In this document: one piece after another, positions 35,262-45,306 of the stretch
Layout: each line of letters starts with the position of its first letter
Numbering within the stretch: position 1 is the stretch's first letter
Source of the DNA: a virus
Strand: one strand, 5' to 3'
DNA: 64,000 nt
Virus record (IMG/VR): IMGVR_UViG_3300036760_001167
Span: 1 to 64,000 of that record
Notes under the pieces: generated by a model
Told to the model about the DNA's origin: nothing
The model's database searches: none
What the model saw: the letters and a program-made list of their open reading frames with translations, nothing else
Translations under genes and position numbers: made by a program

Positions 35262-36502
35262 CGCGTGCCTCCTGTCTTCCGGCGCCTGTCGTCGACGCCC
35301 TTGTAGTTCGCGATCGCGCGGAGCCTGTAGTCGACCCGCACGAGGTCGGCCTGGTCGGCCATTACCGTCTCGACGTCCTTGTACGCCTGCGGGCTCTCGT
35401 CCAGCAGGCTCGCCGCGTCGCCGTCCTGCCAGGCGACGCCCTCCATCCGCGCCGCGAAGTCCTCGAGCGCGACCTCCTTCCTGGCCCTGCCGCGCGACAT
35501 CACGCGGCCCGCGCCGTGCGAACAGCTCTCGTAGGACTCGGGGTTCCCGAGCCCGCTCACGACGAAGCTCGCCTGGCCCATGGCGCCGGGGATCAGGCCG
35601 CGGCTCGAGACGTGCGCGGCGATCGCGCCCTTGCGCGTGACGTACGCGTGCCGCCCGAGCTCCGCGACGCCCTCGAAGCTCACGTAGTTGTGGTGGCAGT
35701 TCACCTCGTCCTCGATCAGGAGGCGCTTCCCGGCGACCTCCTCGAGGGCGGCGTGGGCGCGGCGCAGGATCTGCCGACGGTTCTCGAGCGCGTACCGCTG
35801 CGCCCAGGAGACGTCCGCCACGTAGGCCGCGAACTCGCTGCCGCCGCGGTCGAGCCAGGCCAGGTCGAGCTCCGGCACCGTCTCGCCGGCCGCCGCGCGC
35901 TCCGCGCTGGGGTGCGGCTTGAGCGGCACGTCGGCGCCGTGGAGCAGCGCTGCGGCGTCGCCGTAGACCCGCGCCAGCTTGTTCCCCGCGCCGCGCGAGC
36001 CGGAGTGCAGCAGGATCCACACCTGCCCGAGCTCGTCGACGCTGAGCTCCACGAAGTGGTTCCCCGCGCCGAGCGTGCCGATCTGCCGGCCCGCGAGCGG
36101 GACGTCGTCGACCCTCGACGGCGCCGGGTCGCAGGCGATGAACTCCGCCGCCTCGTCGGACATCGCCCTGTCCCAGTGCCCCAGCCCCGCCGGGACGAGC
36201 CGCCCCACAGCCTCCACCCAGGCCGCGGCGTCGCCGTCGCCCAAGTCGCCCAAGTCCAGCGCCAGCCTGCGCGCGGCCATGCCGCAGCCGATGTCCACGC
36301 CGACCGCCATCGGGATGACCGCGTCCTCGGTCACGAGGACGCTGCCGATCGTGGCGCCGTGGCCGAGGTGCGCGTCCGGCATCAGCGCGACGGGCAGGCT
36401 CAGGATCGCGAGCTCCGCGGTCCGCTCCGCGGCCTCGCGGGCGTTGTCATCCAGGATGCTGGCCCAGCTCCGGACCCTGCCGTTCGCGAACGTCTCACGC
36501 AT
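35258..36502 (-). CDS. rtcB: RtcB RNA ligase
   Basis: MPDAHLG, GVDIGCG, GTLGAGNHFVE, HSGSRG, HHNY, RKGA, SHGAGR, DESPQAYK. Confidence 0.96.
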   Translation of the reverse strand: MRETFANGRVRSWASILDDNAREAAERTAELAILSLPVALMPDAHLGHGATIGSVLVTEDAVIPMAVGVDIGCGMAARRLALDLGDLGDGDAAAWVEAVGRLVPAGLGHWDRAMSDEAAEFIACDPAPSRVDDVPLAGRQIGTLGAGNHFVELSVDELGQVWILLHSGSRGAGNKLARVYGDAAALLHGADVPLKPHPSAERAAAGETVPELDLAWLDRGGSEFAAYVADVSWAQRYALENRRQILRRAHAALEEVAGKRLLIEDEVNCHHNYVSFEGVAELGRHAYVTRKGAIAAHVSSRGLIPGAMGQASFVVSGLGNPESYESCSHGAGRVMSRGRARKEVALEDFAARMEGVAWQDGDAASLLDESPQAYKDVETVMADQADLVRVDYRLRAIANYKGVDDRRRKTGGTR

Positions 36503-39500
36503 CTACTCCTCCGTCCCTCAGGATTCCCTCGGCGTCGCTCAGCACGCCGCGCAGGGCGGCGACCAGCACCTGCGAGGTCTCATGCTCGGGGTGCAGCCTG
36601 AGCATGTGGGTCGTCCACGCCTCGATGGCGAGGCGCTCCGCGTCCTCGTGGTCTTGCGGGTGCCAGGTCTCGCACACCTCGCAGCGCAGCTCCAGCACCT
36701 CGTCATCCACGGCCCAGCCTCCCCTCGCTCCAGAACTCGAGCTCGCCGCACGTCGCGGGCGGGCTCGCGTCCATCGCGAGCACCAGGCCCGGCACGATCT
36801 CGCGCTCGTACTGCTCCAGCTCGACCTTGTCCGCCGCGTCTTCGGGCATCGTCATCTCACTGCTCCTCCCGCTCGCGGCGCTCCAGCGCCAGGTACCACT
36901 CCTCGTCCAGGTCCGACTCGCGCGCCACCTCGCGGGCGAGCAGCGCGTCGACGCGGTCCTGCGTCGCCTCCATCAGCGCGTCGCCGGCGCGGGCGCCGAG
37001 CTCGAGCGGCGGGAGGAAGACCTCGAGCCTGCAGAAGCCGCGGCCGAGCGGGTCGACGTCGAAGCACCAGGCGAGCACCCTCGTCCCTCATGAGAAGCCG
37101 CCGACCCGGCCCGCTGCGTCCGCGAGCTCGAACGCGACCCAGGCAAGCGCCGCCACGACGGCGAGCACGCAGAAGACCCGCGCCCAGATCATCGTGGGAC
37201 CGCCAGGATCCGGGCCTCGGCCTCGTCGTACTCCTCGCGGTGCCGCTCCGGCAACGAGGAGAACTCGACCGTGTAGCCGTGCCGCTGGCCAGGGACCAGG
37301 CGGTCCGCGAGGGTCTCGCCCTCGGCCTCGGCCGCGTCGCGCAGCCTGGCCCTCAGCGCGTCGCCGAACTTTCCCTGGTTCCTCATGACGCCTCCTCCGT
37401 GTCCGCGATCGCCCGGCCGGTCGCCCTGACCCAGTCCGCGATCTGCTCGATGGTGCCCGCGTCCCACTCCTCGCCGCTCAGGTACTCGGCCATCTGGTCG
37501 AGCGCCCTGCCGTCCGGCAGCGGCGCCCACGGGTTGCCCGTGACCGCCAGCGCGCGGCGCGCGGCGTCGTCGCTCGGGTAGAGCGCGCACAGGTCGCAGC
37601 GGTACGGCTGCTCGACCTCGCCCTGGTCGCCCGGCCGCACCGTGAAGATCCCGGCGTTGGGCTGGGTGCCGCAGGCGTCGCACGCGCTCGGCTGGCTCAT
37701 CCGAGCCTCGTCCCGAGCACGCTGCCCTCCGCCTTGATGACCTCGGCAACGTTGTCCCGCTTCGCGTCCGCGCGCTCGTGGCGGCGCTCCTCGCGCATCC
37801 ACGCGGGCCGCGGCTCGCGGCGCTCCTGGCGCGGTGCCAGCTCGTCCTCGAGGCGCTCCATCTCCGTCGCGTTCACTCTGTGCCTCCTTGGTCGCTCTCG
37901 TGCCTGTGGCCGGACGGTGTTCCGTCCGACTCCGGGACGCAGTCGCCGCGGGCGCAGCCCGCGAAGACCGCGCGCCTCGCCTCGCAGTGGCCGCAGCCCT
38001 CGCGGTGCGACGCCTGGTGGTGCGCGTCGTCCCTGGCCGCGGCCGCCACCTCGCGCAGGACCGGCGCCTCCGATCGGCTCAGCCTGGCCTGGTCGGCCTC
38101 CGCGCTCTCGCCGGTCAGCTGGCGCGCGGCGGCGGCCTCCTCGACCTCCTCGACCGTCTCCTCGTCGACGTGCCCGGCCTCGACCAGCTCGCGCAGCGTC
38201 TCGGCGCGGCCGACCACCCAGTCGAGCTCGGCCATCGTCAGGCAGCCGGTATTCTGCAGCCCCGTCGCGCGCCACTCGGCGTCGACCCTGGCGCGGATGC
38301 TCTCGACGTCCATCATCAGAACCATCCTCCTTCGCGGATCCTCGTCCTCATGTCCTCGATGCTCAGGCGGGCGGCCATGAGCTTGTCGGCCGCGGTCGGG
38401 CGGTGCGCCGCGTGGTCGCGGGTCGCCTCGGCCCTCCGCCAGAACCAGCCGGAGTCCTCGGACCAGCGGCCGAGCTTGCTGCAGAGCCACTCCGCGAGCT
38501 CGCAGTCCGTCAGTCGCGCGGCGTTCGCGGCCTTGACGACCGCAGCGTCGACGCCCGCCTGGGCGCTGCGCATCAGGTGCCGCTCGCCGCCGTACCCGTA
38601 GTCGCTCTGCCGGTCGATGTCGGCGGCCGTGAAGTCGCGGCGGCCGATCGCGTCCGGGTTGTCGCAGGGCGCTCCCACGCCGTGCGTGCAGGTCTCAGGC
38701 ATGGGGCGCCTCCAGTCCGCGCAGCGCGTTGGCGAAGCGCAGCCGGGCGTCGGCGTCGTCGGCGCTCAGGCCCTCGGCGATGAGCGCGACCGCGTCGCGG
38801 CCCTCGAACTCGACGACGGACCAGCCGGCGTCAGTGACCTCGGTGCCGTACCAGCGCGCCCTCATGACTGGGCCTCGCGGGCCAGGTGCCGCTCGACGTC
38901 TAGCTCGGAGAACTTGTAGCGCTTGCTGTCGTCGAGGCACAGGGCGGAGATGCCGTACTTGGTCGAGCGCGGGTTCACGCCCACGATCTTGAAGCGCCGC
39001 ACGCCCACGGTGAACTCGGCGCCGAAGTGCTCGGGCCGCAGGCCGAAGGACGGCGCGTACCGCTCGAACTCGAGCTTGGCCGCGTCGGCCTGCTCGAAGA
39101 CCACCTTGTTGGGGCGGAAGGAGCTGCCGCCGCCGACCTTGACCGTCAAGCCGTGCGCCTGGGCGATCGCTGCGAGCGCTTGCTGCGCCTCTGTCGCGAG
39201 CGTCCTGCAGAGTGCCTTGTCCATCCCGTGCCTTGTCCATCTCGTCCATCCCTTCTGTCGAGCGCGGTCCGTCCGCCTCGCGGTTCCGCGCGTTCTTCGC
39301 CGCGCGGAGCCGTCAAGCGTCAGGCGTAGATGCTGGCGGAGAAGCGGCGGGCAACCTCGGCGTTGATGGCGTCGACTGCCTCTTGGTCGACGTACGCGCC
39401 GCCCAGGTTCTCGTGCTCCCAGACGACGGTGCTGCGGACGTCGGCGAGCTTGTCGCTGTTCATGGCCTTGAAGTTCCGGAGTCTTCCTGTGGGTCCGCGT

Positions 39501-39511
39501 CCTGAGTTCAT
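36495..39511 (-). other. Cluster of about 10-12 small hypothetical genes, several Cys/His-rich
   Basis: Chained short ORFs with stop/start overlaps, e.g. 36495..36710, 38316..38702, 38862..39224, 39320..39511; no recognised family. Confidence 0.6.
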
Positions 39512-39555
39512 CCTGCGTCTCCTTCGTTCTCGAGCGGCCGTTCCGCTCTCTAGCT

Positions 39556-39653
39556 CTATTATCGGCAGCGCGCCCGCGGTGAGTACCGGCCGAAAGGGCC
39601 AGAACCGCCCTCCCCGGCAGCCTAGGTCGAAGGTCTGGTATGCGCCATACTAG
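39556..39653 (-). promoter_or_regulatory. Conserved ~97-bp promoter element, copy 3
   Basis: CTAGT...AGACCT..CCTAGG...GGCCC..TCGG.CGGT...GCTGCCGATAAT. Confidence 0.75.
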
Positions 39654-40309
39654 GCCGGGTTCCCGCTGCCCAGGGCCTCGGCGCGGTGCTTCCGGCACAG
39701 GGGCACCTTGCCCGCCCGCTCCGGCTCGATGTCGAGGCCCGCCCGCTCCGCCGCCTCGGGCTCCGCGGTGCCCGCGTAGTAGTGGCCGCAGCCCTTGACG
39801 CAGCAGACCCGGATCGTCCGGCCCTTGCCGCCTCCGACGCGGCTGCCGCTGCCCGCCTGCGCCGCCGATCGCAGCGCCTCCGCCGGGAACGTCGTCGCCG
39901 CGCCCGTCGTCTTGCCGCTGCGCGCCTCGCTCTCGACGCGGTGGACGCGGGCGCCCATGCCGCAGTAGTCGCGCGGCCACGCGTACAGGTTGCTCACGCC
40001 GATCCCCTCGCCCTTCAGGTGCGGCCTGCCGTCCGCCTCCCAGTGGTGGAACTCCCAGCGCTCGCCGGGGTCGGACCAGGGCAGGTCGACGATCAGGACG
40101 TCGCCGGGCCGGAAGTCCGGGCGCTCGAACCCGAGCAGCTCCGGCGCGTGCTCCGCCGCGCAGTGGAGCGGGCAGAAGCCGCACGGGTCGAGCCGCTCCT
40201 CGCGGCAGTCGGCGTGGAAGCAGCGCGGGTAGTGCTCGCGGCAGAAGCCGCGCGGGCTGATCGCCCCGGCCTTGCACTCCTCCTCGACGCACCGCGGCTT
40301 GGCCGTCAT
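39650..40309 (-). CDS. Cys/His-rich zinc-finger-like hypothetical protein
   Basis: C-x4-C...C-x2-H repeats at both termini. Confidence 0.55.
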   Translation of the reverse strand: MTAKPRCVEEECKAGAISPRGFCREHYPRCFHADCREERLDPCGFCPLHCAAEHAPELLGFERPDFRPGDVLIVDLPWSDPGERWEFHHWEADGRPHLKGEGIGVSNLYAWPRDYCGMGARVHRVESEARSGKTTGAATTFPAEALRSAAQAGSGSRVGGGKGRTIRVCCVKGCGHYYAGTAEPEAAERAGLDIEPERAGKVPLCRKHRAEALGSGNPA

Positions 40310-40502
40310 GCCTGGCCGCCGATCGCCCGGACCTGGTCGGCGCGGAGCTCGCGCCACTCGCCGCGCTCGTCGATGTGGCGCCAGAACGCGATCGACCGCG
40401 CGGCGGCGGCGCGCGACGGCGCGGCGACGACGTAGTCGGCCTGCACGATCCAGGGCTTCGCCTCGAGCCGCTCCGGCGCCGTGTGGAGCCAGTGCCAGGT
40501 CC

Positions 40503-41051
40503 TCACAGCTCGGCCCTCGCGAAGCGCCAGCCGAAGGAGGCGGCGAGGCTTCCCTCCATCTCGTCGCGGTAGGCGTGGAGGGGCGTGCCCTCCAGCGCGG
40601 TCCTCTTCGCGAGGATCGCGTCCACGGTCCGGCCCAGGATGACCGCGAGCTCGGCGTCGGTGACGCCGCGGTCGGGGTCGCAGGCCAGCAGCGCGTCCTC
40701 GTGCGACCACTCCTCGCCCCGGCGGTCGGCGGTGTCGATGGACGTGGCGTTGAGCCGCTTCTGGGCGATCGCCTTCTTGGCCCTCTGCTCCTCGGGCGTC
40801 CGCATCCGGCCGTCCTTGCGGGGCACCGTCGCGAGCAGGTCGAGCACGTCGTCGACGCAGACCCAGTGCCCGCCCGCGTTGACCTCGGCGCGCACGACCC
40901 CAGCGCTCACCCACTTGTGGACGGTGCTCTCGCACACGGGCAGCGCGCGGGCCGCGCCCGCGGGGTGGAGCCAGCGCGTGCCGTCGGCCTTCCTGCGCTT
41001 GACGTCGGCGGCCCTCACTCGGGCACCTCCCGCCAGCAGGACTTGCAGCAC
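40503..41051 (-). CDS. Helix-turn-helix DNA-binding protein (excisionase/MerR-like)
   Basis: WLHPAGAARALPVCESTVHKWV..G and a second HTH-like segment DAELAVILGRTVDAI. Confidence 0.65.
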   Translation of the reverse strand: MLQVLLAGGARVRAADVKRRKADGTRWLHPAGAARALPVCESTVHKWVSAGVVRAEVNAGGHWVCVDDVLDLLATVPRKDGRMRTPEEQRAKKAIAQKRLNATSIDTADRRGEEWSHEDALLACDPDRGVTDAELAVILGRTVDAILAKRTALEGTPLHAYRDEMEGSLAASFGWRFARAEL

Positions 41052-41917
41052 AGGACGTCATCGTGGTAGGTCGTGGCGGCGCCGCAGCAGGGGCTGAGGC
41101 ACTCGCAGCGCGAGCCGTTGGGGTAGGTGCCGAGGCAGACCTCGCAGGTGAGCAGGCCGCCGCGGACGTCGTCGTCCTCGCCGGAGCTCAGCCGCCGCGC
41201 CCACTCGCGCTCGGTCAGGGGCGCGTCGCCGAAGTGGCCCCGCACGCCGTGGGCGTGCTCGCCCTGGATCCCGGACCCGCACCAGCACGCGCTCATGCCG
41301 CGCTCCTGAGTGCTAGCGCCTCGTCGAGGGGCACGTCGACGCCGAGCTCCCACGTGACCTCGCAGAACATCAGGTCGAAGACGGCCGCGGCCTCGTCGTT
41401 GCCGACGGGCCGGCCGATCGCCGCGAGCGCGTCGAGCCGCTCGACGGCCTTGGCCTCGGGCATGCGCCGCATCATGGGGTCGCCGCCTTGCAGCCGTCGC
41501 ACGTGGGCTCGCGGTCGGTAGGCTCGCACAGAGACGCGAACGCCCACTCGCCGCAGCGCCAGTTGAGGAGCTGCTGGGGAGGAGGGCAGCCCGCGGGCGC
41601 CTTCATGCCGGTGGACTCGACGGCGTGGATGACGCCGTCGAGGTGGCGGGCGTTCTTGAGGCGATCGCTCATGAGTTGTCCACCCTGTGCTCGGCCTTGC
41701 AGGCGGGACACGCGTCGCCGTCGCCGCAGTCGTCGCAGCCGCGGCGGTCGTCGCGCTCGTCGTCGCGCTCGTACCAGGGGAGCTCGTAGCGGCAGCCGAC
41801 GACGTGCGTCTCGCCGCTCAGCACGTCCCGGCCGCACAGTGGGCAGGTGGGCACTGGCTCGGCCGCGGGCAGGTAGAGCTCGCTGCGGCCGGTGAAGGTC
41901 CTGATTGCTCCGAACAT
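41015..41917 (-). other. Small Cys-rich hypothetical genes
   Basis: About four short overlapping ORFs with CxxC motifs. Confidence 0.5.
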
Positions 41918-41955
41918 CTTGCGCTCCTTCTCTCGGGGTCCGCTTGCTGTCTACT

Positions 41956-42053
41956 TCATTATCGGCAGCGGCGGGCCCCGGGAGCACCGCCCGATCGGGC
42001 CGTTTCCGGCCCTGGGGCGGCCTAGGCGGAAGGTCTAGTGTGGCGCGCACTAG
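41956..42053 (-). promoter_or_regulatory. Conserved ~97-bp promoter element, copy 2
   Basis: Same blocks and spacing as copies 1 and 3. Confidence 0.75.
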
Positions 42054-42389
42054 TGGTCGTGCGCCCGCCGGTCAGGACCTGGGTGATGACGCAGCGCGCG
42101 CGGCCCTGCACCCACGTGACCTCGGCGCGGAGCACCAGCACGCCTCGCCGCCTCGACGGCACCTCGTAGGTCATGCCGGCACCGCCACGTAGGCCGCGTC
42201 CTCGAGCGGGATGCCGCGGGCGTCCATGAACCTGGCGCCGTAGCAGCCCCACACGCCCAGCATCTGGACGCAGTAGATCGCCTCGTGGCGCAGGCCCGCG
42301 AGCCTGCCTGCGGCGGAGCGGATGCTCGCCGGGACTCTCTCCTCCATCATCTTGACCTCCTTCTCTCGGGCCCACCTTACACCGTGTCG

Positions 42390-43425
42390 GCCGAGAAGGG
42401 AACGGGCGCCTCCCACCGCTGCCGCCGCTCACGCTCGGGATCGTCGGGCCGGCTCGACACCGAGCCACCCATCTCCGGCTCGCTGCGCGATCGCCCGCGC
42501 CTCGTCCGGTCACTCCGTCCACGCATGCTGCTCCGGCCTCACCCTTGCGGGCGGTGGTGCTGCGGCGCCCCGCTGGCGGCGGGCGGGTTGCGGGATCGGC
42601 CCGCCAAGTTGTGCCCGCTGCCAGCGGGGCGCCGCAGGTTCCTAGCGGCGCCTTACTCCGCCAGCCGGGCGGCGGCGGGCGACGTGTCCTCCGGCCCGCC
42701 AGCTCCCCGAAGGTCGCGATTACGCGGGGCGGTCGACTTCGCTGCCACACCGCCCGGATTCGGGCGGAGGTTCTGGCGGGACCGAGGGACGGCGGGCGGG
42801 TGCTACCGTCCGCAGCGGCGTCGGCTCTTGCGACTCTCAGGGTTCGTCTGGGCATCTAGGATCTCGCGTTCCCGCGTCGCCGCGGGGCAGCACGTCCACA
42901 GCGTGCGCCGCTTCACCAAGAGGGGAAACTATTCCGCCCAACCTGGGTCGGGAGTCTATCCGAGGCTTTACGACGACCTCGGTCCCGTTTCGCCGGACTT
43001 CACTTGACCGGCTTCGAGAGCGGCGGAGGTTCCCGGCGTACGGAGAACATCTCCCGCCGAACTACCTCGCGCTCGCTCTCGGAGCCGTTCAGGCTCCGTG
43101 CGGCCGATCGCTTGACCGGCTTCGAGAGCGGACCCGTGTGCCCACGTCCCTGGGGCTGCGCTCTCGCGCTCCCTGGGTTCCGGCTGGCCCAGCGCCTCTC
43201 GGCGCGCTGGCGGTTCGGCCTGGCCTTGCACCTCTGGTCTCGCTCTCGGAGCCGTTCAGGCTCCGTGTCTTGGCGCTCGGCGGGGAGTACGATGCCCCGG
43301 AACTCAGGGGGAATCCGGTCAGGCCCTGAGGGCCGCCGCGTACCTCCTGGAACCGCGGGCCCACTTCGCCCGCCGAGCCGGATCTGCTTCTGCCGCTCTG
43401 GCTTCCACGCTCCGGTCTGTTCGCC
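42390..43425 (-). ncRNA. Candidate ~1 kb structured non-coding RNA
   Basis: No convincing ORF; promoter element at the 5' side; many stems with GNRA/UUCG loops; duplicated junction module with compensatory changes. Confidence 0.65.
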
Positions 43426-43433
43426 TTACATCA

Positions 43434-43531
43434 TCATTATCGGCAGCCGTGCCCCCGCAGCGTACCGGCCGAAGGGCCCGAGATCGCCTGGGCGTCGGCC
43501 TAGGCCGGAGGTCTAGTGTGGCGCGTACTAG
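43434..43531 (-). promoter_or_regulatory. Conserved ~97-bp promoter element, copy 1
   Basis: Begins at the terL TAG stop and ends GCTGCCGATAAT. Confidence 0.75.
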
Positions 43532-45306
43532 ATCCTGATGCGCTGGCCCGGCTTCTTGGGCGCGGGCTTCTTCGCGCGGCGCCGCTCGTCGGCCTCGCGG
43601 CGGAGCCGGCGCGCGTAGGACTCCTGCGGCTCCGCGGGCTTCGGCTTCCGCTCGGGCCGCGGCGGCGCGGGCTGCTCCGCGGGCTCCGGCTGCGCGTCCT
43701 CGCCGGGCTTCGGGTCCGTCTCGCGCGCGTACGCGCTCCTCTTCTTGGGCTTCGCGCCCGCGGCGATCGCGTCGCCGCGCGCCTCCCACGACAGCGCGCC
43801 GGCCGCGGCGGCGTCGATCTTGTTCGGGGACATCGGCGCCTCCTTCGAGATCGTCCAGAGCTGCCGGCCCTCGTCGTCGTACGAGGCGATCGGCTTCCTC
43901 CGCGTGTTCTCGACGTGCCGCGCCATCACCTCGTCGCCGTCGTGCGTGACGTCGCCGGCCTTGATCGACGCGGCGTACTTGCGGACCATGATCGCGGCCT
44001 GCTTCGGCCGGGACATCAGCCACGCGACCACGACCTTGTCGCCGTACTTCCCCTGCCACCTGTCGAGCAGCGCCTCGATGTTCGCGTACTGCGAGCCGGG
44101 GTCGACGTAGACGCGCCAGACCGACCAGGTCTCCATCGCCTCGGAGAGCGTGCCGTCGACCTCGTCGAAGTCGTGCTCGTAGTCGTCGTTCGCGGTCTCC
44201 GGCTTGGTCCAGATCCCGAGCGGCCACTGCCAGCCCGAGTCGACCTCGGTGGCGACCATCGCGAGCGCGTCCTCGTAGCGGGCGCCGTCGACGCCGACCG
44301 TGACCAGCGAGCCGGGCTTCGGCTGCTCCCGCTCCCTCTTGAGCTTGCGCCAGCGCTCCCCGTCGAACGCGCGGTCCTCGCCGGGCACCACGCGGTTGAG
44401 GAAGTAGCGCTCCGCCTGCGCGAGCTCGCCGCGCTTGAGGAGGTCGTCGATCTCGGACGAGATCCGCTCGGTGTCGACCCACCAGCTCGAGCCGTACAGG
44501 TTCCTGAGGACGCGCATGCGCTCGCGCTTGTTCTTGATGGAGCCGCGGCCGCCCTTGCCCATCATCCTGAAGACGCCGACGCCGGACTCGTGGGTCGCCT
44601 GCGCGACGCTCTGCTCGCTCGGGTCCCACGCGTTGCCGGTCTCGAGGAAGCGGCCGCCCATGCCGGCCAGGTTGCGGCGCTGCGTGTCGGCGAGCTTGCG
44701 GCCGCCGTTGCGCTTGGTCCAGTCGTGCGCCTCGTCCTCGACCGCGAACGTGATCCGCTGCCCGAGCCGGCTCCGGGCGCTCGCGGTGACGGGCTCGATC
44801 TTGCCGCCGTTCGGGAGGTTGATCCTGGTCTCCCCGGTGTCCGGGATCTCCGCCTTGAGGTTGCCGAGCTCGATCATCGGCACCAGCGATCGCCAGACGT
44901 TGGCCGTCTGGTCCTCCGAGACCGCCGTGACCTGGATCCACGGCGTCGCCCACGGCCGGCCGACCGGCTCGCCGTCCGCGTCCCACCCGTCGAACAGCAC
45001 GGGGCCGAAGGACTCGACGATGATCATGGCCGCGGCGAAGGGCCCCTTGCCGAGCTTCTGCGGCTCGACGATCTGGCCGCCGCGGTTGTAGCGGAACGCG
45101 CCGCTCGGCTTGGTCAGGTCCTTGACCGCGTCCGGCTTCAGCTCGTAGAAGTTGAGGACGAACTCCTGCTGCCAGTCCGACAGCAGGAACGGCTCGCCCG
45201 CGAACTCGCCGTCGGGGATGACGCACAGGTCCTGGATCGCGTCGAGCACTGCCCACCCGAGCGTCGGCAGCTCGCCCTCCGTGCGCGGCCCGCGCCAGCC
45301 CGTCAC
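43528..45306 (-). CDS. terL: Terminase large subunit
   Basis: LSDWQ, PQKLGKGP (Walker A), AVSEDQT, AVEDEAH (Walker B), GVDGA..ED and SPNKIDAA (nuclease). Confidence 0.95.
   Translation of the reverse strand: MTGWRGPRTEGELPTLGWAVLDAIQDLCVIPDGEFAGEPFLLSDWQQEFVLNFYELKPDAVKDLTKPSGAFRYNRGGQIVEPQKLGKGPFAAAMIIVESFGPVLFDGWDADGEPVGRPWATPWIQVTAVSEDQTANVWRSLVPMIELGNLKAEIPDTGETRINLPNGGKIEPVTASARSRLGQRITFAVEDEAHDWTKRNGGRKLADTQRRNLAGMGGRFLETGNAWDPSEQSVAQATHESGVGVFRMMGKGGRGSIKNKRERMRVLRNLYGSSWWVDTERISSEIDDLLKRGELAQAERYFLNRVVPGEDRAFDGERWRKLKREREQPKPGSLVTVGVDGARYEDALAMVATEVDSGWQWPLGIWTKPETANDDYEHDFDEVDGTLSEAMETWSVWRVYVDPGSQYANIEALLDRWQGKYGDKVVVAWLMSRPKQAAIMVRKYAASIKAGDVTHDGDEVMARHVENTRRKPIASYDDEGRQLWTISKEAPMSPNKIDAAAAGALSWEARGDAIAAGAKPKKRSAYARETDPKPGEDAQPEPAEQPAPPRPERKPKPAEPQESYARRLRREADERRRAKKPAPKKPGQRIRI

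Noticed and set aside
39212-39241. 14-bp tandem duplication GTGCCTTGTCCATC at a gene start
   Set aside because: A small local duplication of a start region; no function can be supported
43003-43267. Repeats A and B as a mini CRISPR array
   Set aside because: Only two copies of each, two different repeats alternate, the spacers are unequal and structured, and there is no cas operon. The Cas4-like gene is a typical phage exonuclease
42390-43425. Assignment to hammerhead, RNase P, tmRNA or group I/II intron
   Set aside because: No CUGAUGA/GAAA core, no GAGGAAAGUCC or ACAGAACCCGGC, no tRNA-like ends and no interrupted gene seen by eye. A covariance search is still needed
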